Assembly: GCA_012295275.1 (NCBI GenBank)
Contig: CM022677.1
Coordinates: 25,172,001-25,236,000 of the forward strand
DNA: 64,000 nt
Origin: Chrysomallon squamiferum
Lineage: Eukaryota > Animalia > Mollusca
Direction of reading: 5' to 3'
Of the stretch, positions 24,401 to 64,000 are shown piece by piece (the stretch's first letter is position 1; each line of letters begins with the position of its first letter). The position numbers were made by a program, and so were the translations under genes. Below the pieces are notes generated by a model. That model worked only from the letters and a program-made list of their open reading frames with translations, ran no database searches and was not told the DNA's origin.

Positions 24401-26824
24401 AATCAGTATAATATCAGTAGTGTAATATAATAAGTATAATATCAGTATTATATGGTAGATATTATGTCTATAGATTGATATGAACAGTATTAAATAAACA
24501 GTATAAATCAGTAGTGATGTTTCTGTGTGTGATTTTTCTCTCTGACAGATGCCAGATGTACCAGAGGTGATCAACCCTCTGCTTGAAGTAGCTGACTTCA
24601 TCATGGGACAGCTGTGGGTGGCTGGGAACAGAGTTCTTATCAACCTCAATCTTTCTAGTGAGTGTTTTCCCAATCCTGCCAGCACATGTACTTTTTTTTA
24701 CTCTGTGTGTGTTCAGAGATATCTCTTTCAGTTAATTCTTTCTGAGGTTATTACAAATACGTGTTAATCTCACATTTTGTAATGAGTATTTCTAGTACTA
24801 GCCAGTGTTTAAAATGTCATTGTTTTGTTTCTGTGTCTTAAGAGCCATTTCTAAATGTTTTTTTTATCATTATTCTTTTTTAACCTTACAGAAAAATAAG
24901 AAAAATATCTTAATAATTTTCCTAGTGAAAATCTCCCATCCAGTGATTTGCAGTGATGTGACTTGTAAATGTTAAAAATGATAATTCATTGTTTCATTTA
25001 AACATTTTTAAACGTTGTTTTGGTTATCAAATGTGATTGTTACGTGTTGCTAGGAAACCAAATTACTGGTTACTGGGTATGCAGGCGATGTTTAAACGTT
25101 GTTTTGGTTACCAGAAATGTGATTGTTACGGACAACCTAGAAAACAGGAACAGGACTAATGAGACTCAACCTAAATGAAAGTATTCCACACTTTCTTGAA
25201 GGCAGAACACATCTATTTGACATTTCACACTTTCAAACAGGAACACATCTATTTGACATTTCAGGACTAATGAGAACAACATCTATTTGACATTCCACAT
25301 TTTCTACTTGCAACAGAACACATCTATTTGACATTCCACATTTTCTACTTGATACAGAACACATCTACTTGACATTCCACATTTTCTACTTGCAACAGAA
25401 CACATCTACTTGACATTCCACATTTTCTACTTGATACAGAACACATCTACTTGACATTCCACATTTTCTACTTGATACAGAACACATCTACTTGACATTC
25501 CACATTTTCTACTTGTAACAGAACACATCTAGTTGACATTTCACATTTTCTACTTGTAACAGAACACATCTACTTGACATTCCACATTTTCTACTTGATA
25601 CAGAACACATCTACTTGACATTCCACATTTTCTACTTGTAACAGAACACATCTAGTTGACATTTCACATTTTCTGCTTGATACAGAACACATCTACTTGA
25701 CATTCCACATTTTCTACTTGTAACAGAACACATCTACTTGACATTCCACATTTTCTACTTGATACAGAACACATCTACTTGACATTCCACATTTTCTACT
25801 TGTAACAGAACACATCTAGTTGACATTCCACATTTTCTGCTTGATACAGAACACATCTACTTGACATTCCACATTTTCTACTTGATACAGAACACATCTA
25901 GTTGACATTTCACATTTTCTACTTGATACAGAACACATCTACTTCACATTCCACATTTCTACTTGATACAGAACACATCTAGTTGACATTCCACATGTTC
26001 TACTTGTATATGACATACCAACTTGATGTTTCACATTTCCTCTTAACATTTCAAATTGCTGCTTGATATTCTAAATGTATAACTGACATTGCAGATTTCT
26101 TGACATTCTGCATTGTATTTGATATTTCATAGTTTTTCCTGTTATCCAACATTTCTACCTGAAATTCGACATTTCTGCTTAATATTCCACATTTCTTCCC
26201 AGTAATGCACATTTCTGCTTGCTACTTCACAATCTAATACTTGACAGAGTTTGTAACATTGAAAGCTGTGATTGATATTTCTTATTTCTACTTGAGCAAT
26301 ACCAATTTCTACCTTATATTCTACATTCTGGTTTAATGTTTGTAATTTCTTCTATATATTTTTAACCTTCCACTTAATATTACAGATTAACATTCTTCAC
26401 TGTGCCTTCTACTTTGTATATTTACTTCACATTTCATGTTTCTACCTAACATTCAACACTTCTCTTTGATATTCCACACTTTTTCTTGATATTCCACATA
26501 TATTCTTAATATTCCACACTTTTTCGTGATATTCCACATTTCTTTTTGTCATTCCACATTTCTCATGACATTTCACAAACTCTTGTTTGGCCTTCTACAT
26601 TTGTTCCCGAGATTCCACATATCTGCCTGACATTCAACATTTCTACATTATGTTTCCACATACATGATGTTTCACATTCAAACTGACAGTCTGTGTGTCT
26701 GTCTGTGTTTCAGTCCAACGACATCCCTGCTGAGCACGATGTGATGAAGAAGCTGAGTGACTTGATGATGCCAAAAGATCCGTTTCACAAACCTCCTTGT
26801 ACACCTGATGGAGAGCCAGCATGA
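9451..26824 (+). CDS. LRRC71: Leucine-rich repeat-containing protein 71 (multi-exon; two exons frameshifted in this assembly)
   Basis: Spliced product contains [121 protein letters not shown] and LMMPKDP. These are colinear with recalled human LRRC71. Confidence 0.93.
9983..10195 (+). CDS. LRRC71: LRRC71 exon
   Basis: [17 protein letters not shown]...EDG; phase 1-1. Confidence 0.92.
10969..11094 (+). CDS. LRRC71: LRRC71 exon
   Basis: [42 protein letters not shown]; phase 1-1. Confidence 0.92.
11533..11608 (+). CDS. LRRC71: LRRC71 exon
   Basis: [25 protein letters not shown]; phase 1-2. Confidence 0.92.
12155..12229 (+). CDS. LRRC71: LRRC71 exon
   Basis: [25 protein letters not shown]; phase 2-2. 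Confidence 0.92.
12657..12725 (+). CDS. LRRC71: LRRC71 exon
   Basis: [23 protein letters not shown]; phase 2-2. Confidence 0.9.
13266..13425 (+). CDS. LRRC71: LRRC71 exon (LRRs)
   Basis: [53 protein letters not shown]; phase 2-0. Confidence 0.93.
13455..14120. repeat. 32-bp minisatellite, ~20 copies
   Basis: unit atagtcaggatatgttatctcagtttaaacag. Confidence 0.95.
14430..14730. repeat. 24-bp minisatellite
   Basis: unit aaatagtcagggtacattgtattt. Confidence 0.9.
14759..14842 (+). CDS. LRRC71: LRRC71 exon (LRR)
   Basis: [28 protein letters not shown]; 84 nt, one 28-aa RI-type LRR. Confidence 0.93.
15899..15988 (+). CDS. LRRC71: LRRC71 exon
   Basis: [30 protein letters not shown]; phase 0-0. 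Confidence 0.93.
17268..17381 (+). CDS. LRRC71: LRRC71 exon
   Basis: [38 protein letters not shown]; phase 0-0. Confidence 0.88.
17495..18230. repeat. ~110-120-bp tandem repeat with variable poly(T), ~6-7 copies
   Basis: core acctgcaattaaagcattttttaataacatttttacattggtattcttattttttgataaatttatttatttg. Confidence 0.92.
19305..19383 (+). CDS. LRRC71: LRRC71 exon (Lys-rich linker)
   Basis: [26 protein letters not shown]; phase 0-1. Confidence 0.85.
19707..19742 (+). CDS. LRRC71: LRRC71 36-nt symmetric (likely cassette) exon
   Basis: gttag|GA...T|gtgagt; [11 protein letters not shown]; phase 1-1. Confidence 0.65.
19775..20085. repeat. ~31-bp degenerate minisatellite
   Basis: unit ctataagccaatctttagacatgtgtctctc. 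Confidence 0.85.
20380..21270. repeat. ~27-29-bp degenerate minisatellite
   Basis: unit atatgtcactaacatgtgtcactgtagta. Confidence 0.9.
22055..22710. repeat. 27-bp minisatellite, ~21 copies
   Basis: unit tacaaagtgaaagtaatgttgatatag. Confidence 0.95.
23830..23916 (+). CDS. LRRC71: LRRC71 exon with apparent internal frameshift
   Basis: ttacag|...GAG|gtatct. The 5' half reads [15 protein letters not shown] in the entry phase; the 3' half reads [12 protein letters not shown] in the exit phase. Confidence 0.75.
24070..24450. repeat. ~28-bp minisatellite
   Basis: unit tataatatcagtagtgtaatataataag. Confidence 0.88.
24549..24657 (+). CDS. LRRC71: LRRC71 exon
   Basis: [36 protein letters not shown]; phase 0-1. 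Confidence 0.93.
25054..25180 (+). CDS. LRRC71: LRRC71 exon, garbled (homologous peptides in three frames)
   Basis: RNQIT / GMQAMFK..YQ / [10 protein letters not shown] correspond to recalled human RNRIT..GLEGFL..QYQ..GLLWLSL. Confidence 0.7.
25200..26680. repeat. 41-bp minisatellite (to ~26000) decaying into degenerate ~21-bp units
   Basis: unit acagaacacatctacttgacattccacattttctacttgat. Confidence 0.93.
26714..26824 (+). CDS. LRRC71: LRRC71 last coding exon
   Basis: [36 protein letters not shown]; TGA 26822-26824; donor CAG|GTATGT at 26832. Confidence 0.92.
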   Translation, partial: SNDIPAEHDVMKKLSDLMMPKDPFHKPPCTPDGEPA

Positions 26825-26876
26825 AATACAGGTATGTGTATCTATATCTGTGTGTATGTATGTGTGTATGTATATG

Positions 26877-27039
<163 letters not shown>

Positions 27040-27496
27040 GTATGTATGTATGTATGTATGTATGTATGTGTTTGTGTGTGAGCATCTTTTTGTTTTAGTA
27101 TATATATGTATATAAGTAAGTATCTACTCTTCTGTCTCTGTGCATTTGTGTGTCTATTTGTGTATCTGTCCATGTAATGTGTGTTTGAGTGTGTGTTATT
27201 ATAAGACTGCTTGATTGAGTGTAATGTATGCTGTAATGTATAATATTGATAACTGAGTTGATGAGAACTGATGTATGTCATAACTAATGCAGGTGATAAC
27301 TGAAATAATTATATGACAGTTGAGATATATCATAACTAATGTATATGGTAACTATATATGATAACTGGTATATTAGACAACTGATGTTTATGGTAACATG
27401 TATATGGCAACTTAATGCATCTTTAATTTGTGTGTTTGACGGTTAATGTTGCTGATGTCTCCAGTTTTGATAATTTATATTAATTACACATTTCAG

Positions 27497-28310
27497 GTGA
27501 AAGACTGCTTTGATGTGATAATTCTGTGATAACTGGTGTTTGTGATAAACGATGTTTGTGATGTGGTAAAATCTGTCAGCTGAAAAGATGAACAGCGAAT
27601 AATTTACATTTACTCAGAACATCAACTCTCTGTATGAATGACAGTGAACAATTTTGCATTTACAATTTTAGAGAATCTTAAAGAAACATAATTTGTGAAT
27701 TTTAATGACAATTTACATTTACAAAACTTTTACGTTTTAGGGGAATTTTAGAGGCATTTTGTATTTACAAAAACCTCACGTTTTGAGGAAATCATGATTA
27801 AGTTTGTGTAAATCTCAATGAATAATTTACATTTACAACATTACAGACGTTTGTGTAAATCATAATGAATAATTTACATTTACAACATTACAGACGTTTG
27901 TGTAAATCATAGTGAATAATTTACATTTACAACATTACAGAAGTTTGTGTAAATCATAGTGAATAATTTACATTTACAACATTACAGAAGTTTGTGTAAA
28001 TCATAATGAATAATTTACATTTAAAACATTACAGACGTTTGTGTAAATCATAGTGAATAATTTTCATTTACAACATTACAGACGTTTGTGTAAATCATAG
28101 TGAATAATTTACATTTACAACATTACAGACGTTTGTGTAAATCATAATAAATAATTTACATTTCCAACATCACATGTTTGTGTAAATCATGATGAATAAT
28201 TTACATTTACAACATTTCAACATTTTTTTTAATCATGAAGAATTTACATGAACTGCACCTAGGTTTCCTGTTTCTAAAATATGTAAATAAAATATTTTTA
28301 TTACTGTTAT
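27497..28310 (+). other. Probable terminal 3'UTR exon of LRRC71 with poly(A) signal AATAAA 28286-28291
   Basis: tttcag|GTG acceptor at 27496; AATAAA followed by a T/GT-rich tract. Confidence 0.55.
27800..28220. repeat. 47-bp minisatellite in the LRRC71 3'UTR, ~9 copies
   Basis: unit gtttgtgtaaatcatagtgaataatttacatttacaacattacagac. Confidence 0.93.
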
Positions 28311-28362
28311 TGTTGCTCTTTCTTTCTTTCTTTGCTTCTTTGTCTTTTTGGTTTTACACAAT

Positions 28363-28420
<58 letters not shown>

Positions 28421-28994
28421 TAACAATAACAATAATAATAACAACACGTCTCTGTTGCTTTCAAAGTAAGAAATAAAAGAGAATTTGTCTTAATCCATGT
28501 GCCAAGACGACGCAGGTAAATAATTGATGAAGATTTGTTTCGAAAAGCCATAAAAATGTTATTTTCAGACTTCCATTATTAACCTACAGCGTTTGTTAAA
28601 GTGTTATTTTAAACGTTCATTACATTAACCTAGATTTTGTTGTCTGTCTGTTTTTTTTTTTTCTTCCTTTTTTTTCTGGTTTTTTTCTGTTTTTTTTAAA
28701 TTTATTTTTAAGTATTTGGAAACAAAAGTTAGCATAGATTAAGCTGGAACGTTATTTTTAAACTATTTGAAAACAAGTAAGTATTGATGTTTATAGAACA
28801 CCTTGATTGTCGCCTTGATCATGCACTTTATCGACAGAAGCTCCGATTATATGACTAATATAATACATAAACCTCTTACCACGCGAATAATGGCTCTGAT
28901 CCGTGATTTAAATTACATAAACCTTTAATCATGTAAATAAGATTACATACAACTCTAGTCATGTAAGAGACCAAATAAAGCTGTTATAACGTTC

Positions 28995-29495
28995 AACATA
29001 CTCTGGTAACGTAAATAACACTAAACCATACTTTGATAACGTAAATAACACTAAACCATACTTTGGTAACGTAAATAACACTAAATAATACTCAGATAAC
29101 GTAAATAACATTAAATCATACTTTGGTAACGTAAATAACACTAAATCATACTTTGATAACGTAAATAACACTAAATCATACTTTGATAACGTAAATAACA
29201 CTAAACCATACTTTGGTAACGTAAATGACACTAAACCATACTCTGATAACGTAAATAACGTTAAATCATACTTGGTAACGTAAATAACACTAAACCATAC
29301 TTTGATAACGTAAATAACACTAAATAATACTTTGATAACATAAATAACACTAAATCATACTTGGTAACGTAAATAACACTAAACCATACTTTGATAACGT
29401 AAATAACACTAAATCATACTTTGATAACGTAAATAACACTAAATCGTATATTGATAACGTAAATAACACTAAATCGTATATTGATAACGTAAATA
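28995..29495. repeat. 30-bp intergenic minisatellite, ~16 copies
   Basis: unit taacgtaaataacactaaatcatactttga. Confidence 0.95.
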
Positions 29496-29919
29496 AGAGA
29501 TTGCATAAACCTCTGACCAAGTGAAAAAAAAAAAGACTGCATAAAGTTTTGATCACTTCAGTAAGAGACTAAAGCTCAAATCACGTAGTAACAAGACTGT
29601 ATAAAACTCTGGATTATTCGACTAAGACCCCAACAAGAGCCTAACCTTCAGGTGAAGTTACTACAATAAACAAAGCTCTGATCACGTACATACGAGTCTA
29701 TGTAGATAGCTAGAGTACTCAAATAAAATGAGATATAAAATTATGATACTTATTTTATTTACTGTCATGGTATGTCGGACATATTGTTGTAATAACGAGA
29801 TAGGACGACATCTGCCGAACTTTTTCATAAGCATCTCTTCCCTCTAAACCGCAAGGAATATTTTATAGGTACAATCAACAGTAGGCTTCTTAAAACTGTC
29901 AATGATTCATCTAAGGTTG

Positions 29920-30270
29920 AGTGAAGTTAAACTGGTGGATACTAAAAACTACAGTGGTAACTAAAACAGAAAAGGTTAATGTATTATATAAAAGAGAATG
30001 AAGTTACTTTGGTGGATACGAAAAACACAGTGGTATCTGAAACAGAAATGGTTAATTTATATAAAAGAGAATAAAGTTACTTTGTGGATACTAAAAACCA
30101 CAGTGGTAACAAACAGAAAGGGTTAAAGATTTATATAAAAGAGAATGAGAGTTATTTGGTGGATACTAAAAGCAACAGTGCTACTGAAACAGAAGGCGTT
30201 AATAATTTATATAAAGGAGAACGTAGTTATTTTGGTCGATGCTAAAATTCATACTGGTAAATAAAACATG
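29920..30270. repeat. ~75-bp tandem repeat, ~5 copies
   Basis: ggtggatactaaaaa..cagtggtaactgaaacagaa..ggttaat..tatataaaagagaa. Confidence 0.88.
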
Positions 30271-30652
30271 AAGTCTTAATTTCACATTATAGACATATTT
30301 ATAGACCTTTCTCTTTTCAATACAAAGTAATCGTTATTAAAATAGCTAGTTAGCTTTCACTGATATTAAAATCAACGGAGATGGAAATCTGATACTCGTT
30401 TTCTCTCTACATATGGAGTTCTGTTTTTTTTTTCTTTTCAAAACAACCGTTGTAGCGTTAACATCGTATCGTGTTACAATACGTTCAGTTGTTTATTATC
30501 TACATCTGACTGGGTACAGCAGTCATATACGACTGTCATTGTTGTAGATATTAACTGAGATTTGCCGCAGAAAGCTGTGTATTGTCTGACGCCATTTGTC
30601 ATGACTTTTCTTTTATTTCAGTTTTGCTGTTTTTGTCGATGATGGTTATTGC

Positions 30653-30704
<52 letters not shown>

Positions 30705-30954
30705 TTTTTTTTTTTATTATCATAGTTTATGTTTTGGAAACAGGGATTTAGTGCAGATATGTATACTTTTTATTATGCTCTTTTAAAGTTCTTGTTATTC
30801 TGATTACTGTTATTATTAATATTCTTCTTCTTCTTCTTCTAATTATCATTCTTCTTTTTCTTCTTCTTGTTATTCTTATTATTCTTATGATTATTAATAT
30901 TCTTCTTCTAGTTCTTTTTCTTGTTGTTGTTACTATTATTATTATTATTATTAA

Positions 30955-30994
<40 letters not shown>

Positions 30995-31274
30995 ATACTT
31001 ATTATTTTACTAATTCTTCTTCTTCTTATTATTATTGTCATTGTTGCTGTTGTTGCTGGTAGTGGCTGAGGTGGTGTTGCTGACGTTGTCACCTTGTTGA
31101 TATTCTTGTAAATGTTGTTGTTCTTGCTACAGTTTTTGTAAAGAAGAAAATGGCAAATGACCAAGTAGTTATAAGATATTCTGAGTGAGGGATTAGAAAC
31201 TATTTACTTCTTTGCTTGTAAAACAAATGTCCAGACAAAAGAATAACAAACAAAATCAACAGATCATTTAGCAA

Positions 31275-31280
31275 TTTATT
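31275..31280 (-). terminator. Candidate poly(A) signal of calexcitin (~1 kb 3'UTR)
   Basis: AATAAA on the minus strand followed by a GT/T-rich tract. Confidence 0.45.
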
Positions 31281-31383
31281 TCCATGGTAACAAACGACAA
31301 TTAGAGTAAGAAAACACTTTAAAAAATAATCAGCATACTGATTGTGTAGACAACATACAAAAACTAGCAAACTTTCATAAACT

Positions 31384-31468
<85 letters not shown>

Positions 31469-31496
31469 TAACAATAATAATAATGGTAACAATAAC

Positions 31497-31567
<71 letters not shown>

Positions 31568-31724
31568 TAATAATAATAATTTTGTGCTTAATTTAAATGC
31601 AAAAATCCACACAAATCCAGACAAATCAAAATAAGGACAAAACAATAAATAATAAAATAGGGATGAAATATTTTTTTATTTAAAAGAATATATCTTATTA
31701 TTATCATTTATCAGTAAAATACGC

Positions 31725-31818
<94 letters not shown>

Positions 31819-32261
31819 AACACTAATAGTGAGCATGTAAATAACTAAGTAAGTAAATAAATAAATAACTAATAGCTATTTTCTCATGTAATTATAAGTA
31901 AAATGGTAAATAAAACATGAAACATAGATAAATATACAAAAATACTACGATTTGAATTACGTTTTTGACTCTACTCTGTTTCTACAGCCATATAAACTGG
32001 GATAAATCAATAACAAATAAAATATATTCTGATAATATATTATATATATATATATATATAAAAAACCATATAAGCAAATTTAGATAAAACATTTAAAACA
32101 CAACAATGAAGGTTTACCCATGAATTTACAGGCAATAAATGATTTTGGTTGGACCCATTATATTCTGACAAGGACCAATCGTATAAAACGTTACAACACA
32201 TTCACCAAGAAAAAAAAAGTCTAGAGCGCCAATGAAATTGATGGTAACAACAAACGTATGC

Positions 32262-61857
<29,596 letters not shown>

Positions 61858-62229
61858 TTTCCTTTGCTAAAACTGACGTCTTCCTGGACACGAACGCTAT
61901 CGCAACAGTAACACCGTCGACGGCTTTACAGTCTGAACTCGACTCAGGCTGCACCGCTGTGATATCAAAAAAAAAAAAAAAAAAAGAAGAAGAAAATATA
62001 TTTGTAAACCCAGAGATCGATATTTTTAGATGTGTCACGTGACTCGTCGACAGCGACTCGCTGTGAGTCTGTTTTCAGCGTTCGATCTGAGGCGGAAACA
62101 TTATTATTTCATGTATGATGCATATATATGTATATATATATCAGTTTTCTTTTGTGTGTCACTCGTATATCATTTTTAATTACGTGGAACAGATTGTTAT
62201 GTCGTTAATGTGCTTTGATGAAAGGAAAG

Positions 62230-62278
<49 letters not shown>

Positions 62279-62428
62279 ATATTAAAATAAAAATAAAAAA
62301 TCCGGATTAATAAATAAATAAATCAAGGTATAATGCCATTACATTTTTTAATTTATTTTATTTTATTATATATGACTGAAATTTTAGCAGTTACATACAT
62401 ACACACACACACACATACACACACACAT

Positions 62429-62463
<35 letters not shown>

Positions 62464-62549
62464 CAAACATTTATTTACTGTATTTCTTAATTATGTTTCT
62501 TCATTAAATTTTCAACAGAGAAGAGGAAGAGAAGCAAGATGAAGAGCGA

Positions 62550-62584
<35 letters not shown>

Positions 62585-63340
62585 CGAAGAAGAAAAAAAG
62601 GACAAAACAAATCTTAAAATTTTCTTTTTCATATCGGGTATTACACGAGGATAATAATTCGTTGTCAAGCAACGACTCTTCCCCCTGCCCTCCCCCCTTC
62701 TTAAGAGCCTCATGTTTTGAAGAAATAAATATCTTCTTTGATGTGATAAATAGGTTGCTAACATTGTAACCCCCCATAGGTATGTCTCTCCCCCTGTCTC
62801 TGTCCAATTTCGAACGAGTTTTATGTCTTGAAGAAAAAAAAAAAGAAAAGAAAAAAGAAAAAAAGAAATCTTTTATGTTGTAATAACATACGAATATTGA
62901 GAAACCATCGTCTGTGAAGATTTATTTTAATTTTTATACATTTTTAATTTTTTTGTTTTTTAATTTTATTGACCCATCAACAACGACAGTACTGTCATCA
63001 GCATCAAAACCAAGAAAGAAAAGAAAAGAAAAGAAAAACAACAACAAAAAAAAACCAGACGTCATTAGTGTCAAAGCCGTTGTTGTTTGTTGGTCACAAC
63101 GTCTTTAAAGAAAAAGCAATTTTATTTTATTTTATTTATTTATTTTTTTAACGTAAAAAGAAGCAACAACATTATTGTGGCAACTGTTATATAATACAAC
63201 GAAACAGAACTGCCTCGGATGATATACTATGATGATGATGACGACTGTGATGATAATGACGAATGTGACGATGATGACTGTGATACATTAAATATTGTAT
63301 TTTCTTTGATGACACGGTGACAATAACGATGATAATAATA

Positions 63341-63396
<56 letters not shown>

Positions 63397-63451
63397 TTAT
63401 TATTATTATTATGTTATTATCAATAATTATAATTTGGCCCTTTCAACGAAT

Positions 63452-63486
<35 letters not shown>

Positions 63487-63528
63487 CACATATATATAGA
63501 CATGTATATATGTATATATATATTTATA

Positions 63529-63641
<113 letters not shown>

Positions 63642-64000
63642 GAAAACAGCACTGAATAAAATATTTGAAAAGAACGGAAGAGACAACTGGTGCTGCAGTG
63701 TAATTTTCTCTCAGTCGAATCCTGTGTTAGAATACAAATCTGTATTTCATTAGCATTAATCACACACAAACTCAGAGTACATTTACTTTAAGGTTGGTAA
63801 CAGATGCACACCGAGGTCAACGTGACTTCAGAACAAAGGGATTTTTGTCTTCCGTCATACGAATCGCACGTGCTATATTTTATTCTATGATACTAGAAAT
63901 CACGTGGTCAAACAAAAAGAAGAATAGAAAAAAAAAAAAAAAAAATGTTTTGTTTAATCAAGAATAATTTCAATCCTAATACACTGAAATGACTCAAATT

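Noticed and set aside
23830-25180. LRRC71 as a pseudogene
   Set aside because: All other exons are intact with canonical junctions. The two lesions sit at A-rich or VNTR-adjacent sites typical of consensus errors.

Overview
AT-rich, microsatellite-laden eukaryotic DNA. A mollusc, probably a gastropod, is inferred from the calexcitin gene and the repeat style. Three spliced genes were reconstructed by hand from GT-AG junctions and reading phase. (1) The 5' part of HDHD2 on the minus strand (coding exons 3170-3082, 2410-2328, 1395-1270, 473-389), running off the left edge. (2) LRRC71 on the plus strand, head-to-head with HDHD2 (16 coding exons from ~9432 to the stop at 26824, candidate alternative first exons, a 3'UTR intron). 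Two of its exons are frameshifted or garbled, probably by assembly error. (3) A complete 192-aa calexcitin (SCP-family EF-hand) gene on the minus strand (ATG 61857, stop 32262) with a 26.4-kb first intron. Most ORFs in the supplied track are translations of simple repeats. Notable patterns: introns built from tandem 'echoes' of their own splice junctions, often with the donor GT lost and sometimes with intact decoy acceptors; a CRE (TGACGTCA) array, a phased CCAAT ladder, RFX X-boxes and a CTCF-like site in calexcitin introns; and a sharp CpG-depletion boundary consistent with gene-body methylation. No tRNA, rRNA, CRISPR array or intact transposon ORF was seen. All homology calls are from recalled protein sequences, not database searches.
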